64,000 nt of DNA from an uncultured virus (IMG/VR IMGVR_UViG_3300047554_000670) (lineage: Duplodnaviria > Heunggongvirae > Uroviricota > Caudoviricetes). Location: IMG/VR virus record IMGVR_UViG_3300047554_000670. The stretch is one strand, 5' to 3'. Of this stretch, positions 44,826 to 52,155 are shown piece after piece. Below the pieces are notes generated by a model. It had not been told where the DNA came from. It worked only from the letters and a program-made list of their open reading frames with translations, and searched no databases. How positions within the stretch are numbered: the stretch's first letter is position 1; each line of letters opens with the position of its first letter. A program made the position numbers and the translations under genes.

Positions 44826-44995
44826 AATGATTATGCTACAGCAAGAGAGGTCTTACGAGCAAAAGGTTTGATTTGATTCGCATTTACACGATTTTGTCCT
44901 TCTTCACCTATGTAGTATATACATAGGGTCGGTCCTGGACTCTAGACCGGGTACAGTATTTCACTTCATTAACAAATCGATACCAGGACACCCCC
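44790..44995 (-). ncRNA. ssrA: Two-piece tmRNA, coding piece
   Basis: 5' GGGGGTG-TCCTGGTATCGA, P2 strand TTTGTTAAT, pk1 CGGTCT/GGACCG with GTCC/GGAC; resume context TAAAT-GCG; tag ANQIKPFARKTSLAVA-stop at 44881-44831. Confidence 0.9.
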
Positions 44996-44999
44996 AAGG

Positions 45000-45092
45000 T
45001 AGGGCAGGAGGGACTCGAACCCACAACCGCGCACTAATCTGGTGCATACAGAAGGTATAAGCTTCTCGCTCTACCAATTGAGCTACTGCCCC
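45000..45092 (-). tRNA. tRNA-Ile(TAT) with long variable arm, nested in the tmRNA intervening segment
   Basis: GGGGCAG/CTGCCCT acceptor, AGAAG-CT-TAT-AC-CTTCT anticodon arm, V-arm GCAC-CAGATTA-GTGC, A73. Confidence 0.88.
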
Positions 45093-45160
45093 TGGTGGAG
45101 GTGAGCGGAGTTGAACCGCTGTCTTTGCTAACTCCATTAATACTTTTTAGTACCATATCG
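45093..45160 (-). ncRNA. ssrA: Two-piece tmRNA, acceptor piece (5' boundary approximate)
   Basis: GGTAC..AGTATT..GTTAGCAAA-GAC-AGCGG-TTCAACT-CCGCT-CACCTCC-A-CCA; pairs with GGGGGTG, giving the G3:U70 Ala determinant. Confidence 0.9.
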
Positions 45161-45196
45161 TAAATATAAGTATACAAGACTGTGTACTTATACCCA

Positions 45197-45248
45197 ACAA
45201 CTTTATATTACTTTACTACTGGACAACTTTATATTACTTTACTATTGG
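45197..45248 (+). repeat. Tandem 26-nt direct repeat upstream of the tmRNA
   Basis: ACAACTTTATATTACTTTACTA(C/T)TGG x2. Confidence 0.8.
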
Positions 45249-47290
45249 GTCAAATAGCAATCTTCTAAGATAATCATATGGTTCAGGTTCCTTTCCATAT
45301 ATTTCTTTCGTTGTTTCATAATACTCCTTAAAATATGTCCAATAGAACAAATCAGTCTCACCCTCAAGTAAGTAATTGTCTAGACATTCTCCATCAGAAA
45401 GAAATGTTAACGGAGTATACCCTTCACACTCTTCATCTATATACTCTATACAATTCCCTTCTTCTTTCATCCAGTACATTACGACTTCAGAAAATCTTAT
45501 ACTAGTTATTCCCCCTTCACTTGTAATATACGCTATTTCATCTCCTGGTTTAGGGAATTCATCTTGTAAAGACTTAAAAGTTATAGTTATCATATACAGC
45601 TAAGGTTAGGGTTATCATAAGAGGTCTTCTTTAGTAATAACATCATTACTTTTAACAAAGGTTAGACCTAAAGCTTCTAGACCTACTTCTGTTAAGTCTT
45701 GCTCATCATCCATGGATAATTCAAAGTAGTAATGTGACATTTTGTATTTAATCCCCTTCCAGTGTTTACATTTCTTACCTTGTTGTGCCTTAGACATAAC
45801 ATCTAGTAGAGTGCATAGTCCTCTACCAAATCGTTCATTCTTAATCTTTACCCAGTGTCTGCAACTTCCGCATTCACGTTTAGGCTTGTTTCTCATTAAG
45901 AATACACACTTTACTTGATAAGTTGAGCTAACGCGCTTGTAAGTACCTCATTAACAATTAGTTGACCAAAGTGATTAGGGCTAGTTGCTACATCAGCTAG
46001 AGATAGAAACAAAGTAAAGATTCCAAACTGGTTAACTATATTTTCGCAAGTCTCTTTAGTTAACCTTAAGTAACAAAGACCATCATCTTCGTAAATAGGA
46101 GTGAAGAGAAGTACCATATCGGGGTAGCAATGACCACTGGGGAGGCTTAAAGATGTCTCAGATAGCTTATTCATAGCTCCTACTAAGAGAGGCTCTACTT
46201 TATCTTGTGCATACTTAAGACACCAATCCATGAGCTTACTATTATCAACGTCTTCTGAGGAAAGAAAATTAGGAAGACTTGAGGTTAAAATATCTCTAAG
46301 TTGTTGTTCTATTTCATTAATCTCTTTTTGAATCTCACTTTCTGGCATTTCTATTAGTTCATTCATAGTTAGCCGTTTTGTCTCTAAAATCCAGCTAACA
46401 AGCTGTTTAGGGTCTAGAAAATCCGAATGTATCCCTATGTTAGTACGAATTAGATTCGCATGAGAAGAATCTAATTTATCTATAACGAAAGAAATATTTA
46501 GGTATTCGTCTTGAAGTAGTAAACCATTATCAATTGTATGGTCAGTTTCTACAAGTGCATTGGCTAACAACTTAAGACTAAGGCTAATTGCTTTATACAT
46601 TGAATTTGCTCCGTATATAGTTGATAGGTTGAGGCACTTTATCCATTAAGTGAAACCAAAAGTTAGGCGTAATGAAAAACCTGTCTCTAGATGCAGTGAA
46701 AGGTCCAAATTTCTTATCCGGGTTACTAAGATAAAACAGGTAGTTGGTTTTACACCAGAATCTAATATTAGCCCCAATCAAAGTATATATTTCAATAAAT
46801 ACTTTGTACTTAAGTTCGGTTCCATCCTCTGCATAAGATTTACGGTCTTGAATAGCGACACTAACCCAAGCAAGTCCTAGAAAATAGGTTCTGGTTAAAA
46901 TTCTTATCCCATATCCGTAATCATCGGTAATAAGCCAATGTTTAGTGTCAAAGTCTTCTGCTATGGGAAGAAAGGCTTCAAAACCATCATACTCATTATG
47001 CTCCATATCAGTTATCCTCATTCTGCCATCTAACTAGGTATTCACGAAGGGCATCACAAATTTCTATGTCACCTTCTTCTAAATGATCTTCAACCGCACT
47101 TATATTTATGACATAAGGACCATAATAATCTCTTAAGATATACCAAGGCATATCATCTTCATAAATCTCTAGTCTGAAATCAGGGTCTCTAAAATAAGGG
47201 CTTACATTCAAAGTAGTTGGATAAAAGTGAGTCCATTCTATTTCTAAACCTACACCAGGGGCTGTTCTTTCACACATCATATCAATATGC

Positions 47291-47500
47291 TTAAGGATTG
47301 TTATTTTCATTTTCTTTCGTAATTAACATAAGGCGGAATCCACGATTTGAACTATGACCATTCCCCTGTTCTTTTATGTACTTAGACCTTGTGTTCCAAG
47401 CGCTATTGTTCCATCCTCCGCCTTTACAACAAGAACCTAAAGCTATTGTGTATAACTTGAAAGGAATCTTACGATAACGACCTACATGAATATATACCAT
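47291..47500 (-). CDS. VR-like mini-protein 1
   Basis: ...GGGWNNSAWNTRSKYIKEQGNGHSSNRGFRLMLI... Confidence 0.75.
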   Translation of the reverse strand: MVYIHVGRYRKIPFKLYTIALGSCCKGGGWNNSAWNTRSKYIKEQGNGHSSNRGFRLMLITKENENNNP

Positions 47501-47639
47501 TGTTTTTTACCTCAATCAATAGTAAACGAAATCCCGTATATACATTCTTACTAGAACTTGTACATTTCCCATATTCGTTCGATTGACAATGCCAAGTAAA
47601 TGAGACCCAAGAACCCCCTGTGTATTTAACTAAGTGCAT
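47469..47639 (-). CDS. VR-like mini-protein 2
   Basis: MHLVKYTGGSWVSFTWHCQSNEYGKCTSSSKNVYTGFRLLLIEV... Confidence 0.8.
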   Translation of the reverse strand: MHLVKYTGGSWVSFTWHCQSNEYGKCTSSSKNVYTGFRLLLIEVKNNGIYSCRSLS

Positions 47640-47697
47640 CAGGAATAACCTCAACTAAAGCTAACCTAAGACCAAACTTATAAGACTTATCTTCCAT
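47626..47697 (-). CDS. Truncated VR-like unit 3
   Basis: MEDKSYKFGLRLALVEVIPDALS (C-terminal half only). Confidence 0.55.
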   Translation of the reverse strand: MEDKSYKFGLRLALVEVIPDALS

Positions 47698-47830
47698 CTT
47701 TGTTAACCCTAACTAACATTAATCTGAAACTACCATAATTGTAGGAGTGGTTGTGTCGTGCTAAATAACAATAATTAGACCGACAAAACTTAGCAAAGTA
47801 AATCCAGGAACCACCATAGTAATCATTCAT
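47687..47830 (-). CDS. VR-like mini-protein 4
   Basis: MNDYYGGSWIYFAKFCRSNYCYLARHNHSYNYGSFRLMLVRVNKDGR. Confidence 0.8.
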   Translation of the reverse strand: MNDYYGGSWIYFAKFCRSNYCYLARHNHSYNYGSFRLMLVRVNKDGR

Positions 47831-47978
47831 CTTTTTGTACCTCAATTAACATTAGCCGTAACCCGTTATCGTTATCGTGGGAATTACTGCGTTGCCACCA
47901 ATCACGAGACTCAGACTTACAGATTCTAGGGATAAGATACCATGTACCCCCAGCATAGGGGATATATTCTTTAGTCAT
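47823..47978 (-). CDS. VR-like mini-protein 5
   Basis: MTKEYIPYAGGTWYLIPRICKSESRDWWQRSNSHDNDNGLRLMLIEVQKDE. Confidence 0.8.
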   Translation of the reverse strand: MTKEYIPYAGGTWYLIPRICKSESRDWWQRSNSHDNDNGLRLMLIEVQKDE

Positions 47979-48124
47979 TAGTTAAACTCCACTAACATTA
48001 AACGAAGACCTAGGATGCTGCTGGAATCCCCGCGCAGCCACCTGTAGCGATTCGCAGACAAACAGCCCCCGGCAACGTAGCTCCAAGAACAACCCATCCG
48101 TTTATCGTGACAATAAGAATTCAT
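47978..48124 (-). CDS. VR-like mini-protein 6
   Basis: MNSYCHDKRMGCSWSYVAGGCLSANRYRWLRGDSSSILGLRLMLVEFN. Confidence 0.8.
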   Translation of the reverse strand: MNSYCHDKRMGCSWSYVAGGCLSANRYRWLRGDSSSILGLRLMLVEFN

Positions 48125-48184
48125 TGGTTTACCTTTACTAACAAAAATTAAGGGAACCCAGAGAGGCCCAGATTCCCTACAAAT

Positions 48185-49012
48185 TTACATCTTCAGACTA
48201 TCCAGCTTTTCTTGGACAGCTTGCATAGTCAGTTGAGTTTGACGCAGAAGCTCTTCCAGTTCAGCTTGTTCTTGCGCGAGTTTAGCTTGTTCTTCTTTTA
48301 CTTTGTTAGGAAATACACTGAAGATATCAGGACACATCTCCTGTAGTTCTTCTTCACTACATACAGCTTCCCCAACATTACCATGCGTATCGTACAGACC
48401 CCAGGCATTAGGAAGATATGACCGAACCACCGTAGTCTGCCCTACGTGGTTGTTAAAGTTAGCGTCCTTCTCCGTAAGAGTATCCCCTACGTTAAAGGCC
48501 GTTGTAGTACCTGCACGACAATAGAGTTCCCACAGATATGATGTGGGGATTACGAACATGTAGTTTTTATTGGGATAATCCTCTTTTAGAGCTTTATTAG
48601 CAAATTCTAGCCATTTGATTACATCAAGGAAACTCACCGACTCTACAGGGAGTTCCCAAGGGTCAGCACCCGCCTGTTCTTCTGCAACCGACTTAAAGCA
48701 AGCAGGGTCAGGATTCAGACCCGATTCCGGATAACGGTCCACAATAGACTTCCATTGTCGTCGAGTTACTGGTGTATCCCCCATAGAGGCTTTATGCCCC
48801 ATATACTCAGCACCCTCATGATAATAGAAACGAGAACCGGGAAGAGTCGAAAGAAATGTAAAGGGAATCATTGTTGTGTCCTCTTGAATTAACAAAGTAC
48901 GAAAACCAATGTAATTATCACTGACAAATAGGCCGCATAAGTAAGAGTCATGGTAGTCGTAGCAATTACCATCCCATGACCCACCAAGGAAGTTAAACTG
49001 ACCGTCTGTCAT
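48185..49012 (-). CDS. FGE-sulfatase/CLec core lacking its C-terminal VR, with VR unit 7 fused in frame at the N-terminus (internal start 48871) and a C-terminal coiled coil
   Basis: TPVTRRQW, PVESVSF.D, PT...WE.YCRAGTTT.F..G, ANF and PNAWGLYDTHGNVGE motifs; no GGSW/GFR after GNV; GAGG RBS before the internal ATG. Confidence 0.88.
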   Translation of the reverse strand: MTDGQFNFLGGSWDGNCYDYHDSYLCGLFVSDNYIGFRTLLIQEDTTMIPFTFLSTLPGSRFYYHEGAEYMGHKASMGDTPVTRRQWKSIVDRYPESGLNPDPACFKSVAEEQAGADPWELPVESVSFLDVIKWLEFANKALKEDYPNKNYMFVIPTSYLWELYCRAGTTTAFNVGDTLTEKDANFNNHVGQTTVVRSYLPNAWGLYDTHGNVGEAVCSEEELQEMCPDIFSVFPNKVKEEQAKLAQEQAELEELLRQTQLTMQAVQEKLDSLKM

Positions 49013-49143
49013 TTGTATACCTCGATTAACAGCAAACGAAAACCTATGTAGCGACCATTATGTTCTGAAGGCCACTGAGAGATGCTCATAGAGATACAGA
49101 ACCAATCTGAGCTATATAAGCCCCCTCCTCTATATGGAGTCAT
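49009..49143 (-). CDS. VR-like mini-protein 8
   Basis: MTPYRGGGLYSSDWFCISMSISQWPSEHNGRYIGFRLLLIEVYK. Confidence 0.8.
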   Translation of the reverse strand: MTPYRGGGLYSSDWFCISMSISQWPSEHNGRYIGFRLLLIEVYK

Positions 49144-49289
49144 TTGTGAACCTCAAGTAACATAAGACGGAAACCTCCTATATAGTCTGACCCATCACGA
49201 AGCCACCTACCTCGATTCATTGCTTTACAATATACTCGATAGGTAAACCAAGAGCCTCCTATGTAGTCAATATAACTAGACTTAGCCAT
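49140..49289 (-). CDS. VR-like mini-protein 9
   Basis: MAKSSYIDYIGGSWFTYRVYCKAMNRGRWLRDGSDYIGGFRLMLLEVHK. Confidence 0.8.
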   Translation of the reverse strand: MAKSSYIDYIGGSWFTYRVYCKAMNRGRWLRDGSDYIGGFRLMLLEVHK

Positions 49290-49431
49290 AATTAGTTGCC
49301 TCAATCAACATCAAACGGAATCCAAAAGCTTTATCATGATAACTAGGAGCAAGATAGTAAAGGTACTTAGACCTATTTAGTACTGGGCCACTAATGCAGG
49401 AACCCCAAGTATATTCAATGATTTTACGCAT
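49282..49431 (-). CDS. VR-like mini-protein 10
   Basis: MRKIIEYTWGSCISGPVLNRSKYLYYLAPSYHDKAFGFRLMLIEATNYG. Confidence 0.8.
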   Translation of the reverse strand: MRKIIEYTWGSCISGPVLNRSKYLYYLAPSYHDKAFGFRLMLIEATNYG

Positions 49432-49570
49432 CAGGTTTCTCAACTAAAGTAAGACGAAAGCCAAAGCGGTTGAACTGGTAATCACTCTGATTCTTGAACC
49501 TGATCGCCGAGCGAGTGAAACTAGTGATGTTGTAACAAGAGCCACCCGCGTAATCAACAAATTTAGGCAT
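49424..49570 (-). CDS. VR-like mini-protein 11
   Basis: MPKFVDYAGGSCYNITSFTRSAIRFKNQSDYQFNRFGFRLTLVEKPDA. Confidence 0.8.
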   Translation of the reverse strand: MPKFVDYAGGSCYNITSFTRSAIRFKNQSDYQFNRFGFRLTLVEKPDA

Positions 49571-49572
49571 AT

Positions 49573-49737
49573 CTACTTTACCTCTATTAGCATTAAACGA
49601 AAACCAAAGTCAAAATAATCTTTCTTGGTAGGCCACGGAATAAGACTATAGGTATTACCATCCCAGTCTTCTGCATCAACATTCCAAGAACAATATGTAA
49701 AGTTTGTATGGTTAGGTCTTGACCTAAAGTCTTTCAT
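49573..49737 (-). CDS. VR-like mini-protein 12
   Basis: MKDFRSRPNHTNFTYCSWNVDAEDWDGNTYSLIPWPTKKDYFDFGFRLMLIEVK. Confidence 0.8.
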   Translation of the reverse strand: MKDFRSRPNHTNFTYCSWNVDAEDWDGNTYSLIPWPTKKDYFDFGFRLMLIEVK

Positions 49738-49876
49738 TCTGCACTTCGATAAGCATTAAGCGAAATCCACCATCATTGTCGGAAATGTCGCAAAGCCTCC
49801 AGTGACAGAACTTAGATTTACAATCCCCAGCAAAGTAGCTCCAAGAACCTGCTGTAAAGTCATAGAATCTAGACAC
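49724..49876 (-). CDS. VR-like mini-protein 13 (GTG start; also in frame with the end of unit 14)
   Basis: VSRFYDFTAGSWSYFAGDCKSKFCHWRLCDISDNDGGFRLMLIEVQNERL. Confidence 0.78.
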   Translation of the reverse strand: MSRFYDFTAGSWSYFAGDCKSKFCHWRLCDISDNDGGFRLMLIEVQNERL

Positions 49877-50019
49877 TAGTTTGTCCCCCCCCACTAGCAT
49901 TAAGCGAAATCCTTTGTTCCTATAAGATAGGTATTTCATACCCCAATATGGTAAGCAGACATACTGTATTGAGAAGAGTTATTCCAAAAACCACCTCTAC
50001 AACAGTCGTAATTATCCAT
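49877..50019 (-). pseudogene. VR-like unit 14, frameshifted near 49940
   Basis: MDNYDCCRGGFWNNSSQYSMSAYHIGV-stop, then MKYLSYRNKGFRLMLVGG in another frame. Confidence 0.7.
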
Positions 50020-50164
50020 TAGGGAATGCCTCTACTAACATTAAGCGAAAACCCCCGTTGTCGTAGGAATTGTCGCGTCGCCTCCTGTTGCGATACGCAG
50101 ACCGACAGAACCACGGATTGATGAGCCAGGAACCCCCCTGTGATACGGAGAGGTTTAATCCCAT
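50012..50164 (-). CDS. VR-like mini-protein 15 (closest to a canonical cyanobacterial DGR VR/TR)
   Basis: MGLNLSVSQGGSWLINPWFCRSAYRNRRRRDNSYDNGGFRLMLVEAFPNG. Confidence 0.8.
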   Translation of the reverse strand: MGLNLSVSQGGSWLINPWFCRSAYRNRRRRDNSYDNGGFRLMLVEAFPNG

Positions 50165-50196
50165 AACTATTCACTTTATACAAGGATTCAAAGGAT

Positions 50197-50334
50197 TCAA
50201 GCATTTTCCGTGACCTTTACTAACATGAGACGAAAACCTCCGTAGTTATAATCATAGGTAGGGGGCCAGAATTCGCAATCATCCAAAGCGTGAAAGTACC
50301 AAGCGGTCCCTCTATAGTAAGTCCATGGTTGCAT
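50197..50334 (-). CDS. VR-like mini-protein 16
   Basis: MQPWTYYRGTAWYFHALDDCEFWPPTYDYNYGGFRLMLVKVTENA. Confidence 0.78.
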   Translation of the reverse strand: MQPWTYYRGTAWYFHALDDCEFWPPTYDYNYGGFRLMLVKVTENA

Positions 50335-50479
50335 TAGATACCCTCGCAATTAACATTAACCTAAACCCATTCCTAGGGCTATTGTCTGCGTAAACTCCAC
50401 AGCATAAGGGTTTACAGTTATCTTGACTTCCGGTACTCCAATGTCCCCCTTTACGACATGTTCTTATATGTTTCTTCAT
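50312..50479 (-). CDS. VR-like mini-protein 17
   Basis: MKKHIRTCRKGGHWSTGSQDNCKPLCCGVYADNSPRNGFRLMLIARVSNATMDLL. Confidence 0.75.
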   Translation of the reverse strand: MKKHIRTCRKGGHWSTGSQDNCKPLCCGVYADNSPRNGFRLMLIARVSNATMDLL

Positions 50480-51230
50480 AGGCTAACCCACTCATATATT
50501 TTCCATCAATAAACACTTTATAAGGACGCTTCATATCTTGACAATCCCAGAAAAACAAATCATGACTGTAATCTGGAATATGAGTTGTGTACTTAGGCCC
50601 ACCCAAACTATTAGATAGGAAGTATGTACGTTGATACCACTCAGGAACTGTATTGAGCCTCCACGTAGGGAATATCCCGATTTTATCGACTGGTTTAATT
50701 GTTCCCTTAGCAGTCTTCTGATTGGTAGCAAATACCTTCAGATTCATGTATGCACGGTATGCAGAGACACAAGATTCCCAAGAATGAGGCTCAAAATACC
50801 CTTTACTTTCGTTATACGCTCCATAATTAGCTCTCACCATATCAGGCATAGCTAAAGGTGGTGGAGTTAACTCTGTAGGAGGAGCATAGTAGTCAATAGT
50901 CTCTACAAAATCACGAAAGCAACTAATATGAAGAGAGGCTGCATCACCGTTTTTACCTTTCTCTAACCAATTATTATTAAGAAGCTCTAGAAGTTCTAGC
51001 AAATAGGTAAAGTTAGATGAACTTTCTCTCACCCATACAGCGCTAGGGTGATTTACATGGGTAGGAGCGCATAATCCTTGTTCTCTGAGCTTAGTATGGA
51101 GTTCTTTATCCCAAACATAGATTGCTGTAGATGAGAGTTGACAATATTCAGTTCTCATCTTATTGACATAATTGTCACAATAAGATAAAGCACACAGGGA
51201 TTTATCTTGGTCAAAGGGGAATATGTTCAT
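50451..51230 (-). CDS. Pyrimidine-dimer DNA glycosylase (DenV/Pyr_excise)-like protein
   Basis: MNIF..D...A...CD..V.KM..E..Q, THVNHPS.VW.R.S..N, AMPD and AYRAY motifs. Confidence 0.7.
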   Translation of the reverse strand: MNIFPFDQDKSLCALSYCDNYVNKMRTEYCQLSSTAIYVWDKELHTKLREQGLCAPTHVNHPSAVWVRESSSNFTYLLELLELLNNNWLEKGKNGDAASLHISCFRDFVETIDYYAPPTELTPPPLAMPDMVRANYGAYNESKGYFEPHSWESCVSAYRAYMNLKVFATNQKTAKGTIKPVDKIGIFPTWRLNTVPEWYQRTYFLSNSLGGPKYTTHIPDYSHDLFFWDCQDMKRPYKVFIDGKYMSGLAYEETYKNMS

Positions 51231-51688
51231 TAGTGTTCACAACTATTAGAACTGTTATTTTGTGTCAGAGTTAGATACCAATTTTCGCCTGTTAATGCCC
51301 CATTCCAAATAATAAAACAGCCATCAGCTATATTTTCTCTAAGCTCTACCCATTGTCCGTTCTCAATCTTATGAGAATTACTGAAGCAAAACTTAGGATG
51401 TGTGTGACCATCTACAAAGAAAATCCCTGTTTTACCATCTCTATACAGTACAACTTGCTGACTAAAAGCGTTATCAGGAGGCAAGTCTGAAATATTAGAA
51501 GGACATTCAGTATCAGAAGATACCACAGGAACAAATGAGAAAGTATTACCTACAGCATTAACTGTTACACCGTTAGGTAGTACATAGGATACCGATAAGA
51601 AGTAAGAGTAGCTAGTTGAGCCAGAAGGTGCAGGAACAGAGGTACAGCTAACTAATAAAGCTAAAGATAAGGGCCACAGTGATTTCAC
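51230..51688 (-). CDS. Putative lipoprotein
   Basis: Signal peptide with lipobox LLVSC. Confidence 0.55.
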   Translation of the reverse strand: MKSLWPLSLALLVSCTSVPAPSGSTSYSYFLSVSYVLPNGVTVNAVGNTFSFVPVVSSDTECPSNISDLPPDNAFSQQVVLYRDGKTGIFFVDGHTHPKFCFSNSHKIENGQWVELRENIADGCFIIWNGALTGENWYLTLTQNNSSNSCEH

Positions 51689-52155
51689 TTGTTCATAACC
51701 TCAATAACACTTTCCCAAGGAATAACCTGGAATAGCTTTGTCTCACCTAAGTAGGTATTCTTAGTTTGGAAAGGATACTTATCACATAACTGATCAACTT
51801 CATTCTTACTTAGGAATGGTACACCATCACTTAAGAACCCTTGAACAAATAGCACATGCTTACGAGGTATATAGGCAAAGTACTCATTTTCGTGGTAGGG
51901 TTTGTACTCGATCAACAAGGCTCTCTGTGTGCCCTTGTTGTGTTTACGAACAAAATCCTGAAGGCTATCACTATCACTGGTACGGCGAATATACGCTAAC
52001 CCTTCTTCTACAGCCTGTACAAACTTAGGCATGATTTGTTCTAAGGTAGGGGCAATAAAAACACAGGTACTTCCATCTAACTGAAAAGTACCTGTATACC
52101 CGTCACAGGTTGAACTTACTTCAGAGGTGAAGCCTTTATACTTGATGGGGACCAT
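51685..52155 (-). CDS. Protein with N-terminal HicB-like domain
   Basis: IKYKGFTSEV...YTG...VFIAPTLEQI..KFVQAVEE. Confidence 0.6.
   Translation of the reverse strand: MVPIKYKGFTSEVSSTCDGYTGTFQLDGSTCVFIAPTLEQIMPKFVQAVEEGLAYIRRTSDSDSLQDFVRKHNKGTQRALLIEYKPYHENEYFAYIPRKHVLFVQGFLSDGVPFLSKNEVDQLCDKYPFQTKNTYLGETKLFQVIPWESVIEVMNK

Larger units (their letters stand above)
47291..50479 (-). repeat. Array of 17 cassettes (mostly ~150 nt) encoding FGE/CLec variable-region peptides
   Basis: Recurrent GG(S/T)W...C.S...GFRLML(I/V)EV peptides with overlapping stop and start codons. Confidence 0.92.

Noticed and set aside
49885..50140. Phase variation by G tracts in the cassette array (G8 at 49885-49892, G6 near 50133)
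   Set aside because: Plausible, but a similar one-base homopolymer frameshift elsewhere (9301-9307) suggests possible assembly indels; reads are needed to decide
50019..50204. ORF-track protein MLESFES... as the real product
   Set aside because: The conserved VR peptide is in a different frame (50012-50164)
47291..50479. CRISPR array or complete canonical DGR
   Set aside because: The repeats are conserved at the protein level with synonymous variation and ~150-nt spacing. No cas genes, reverse transcriptase, Avd or uniformly AAC-rich TR is seen in the window
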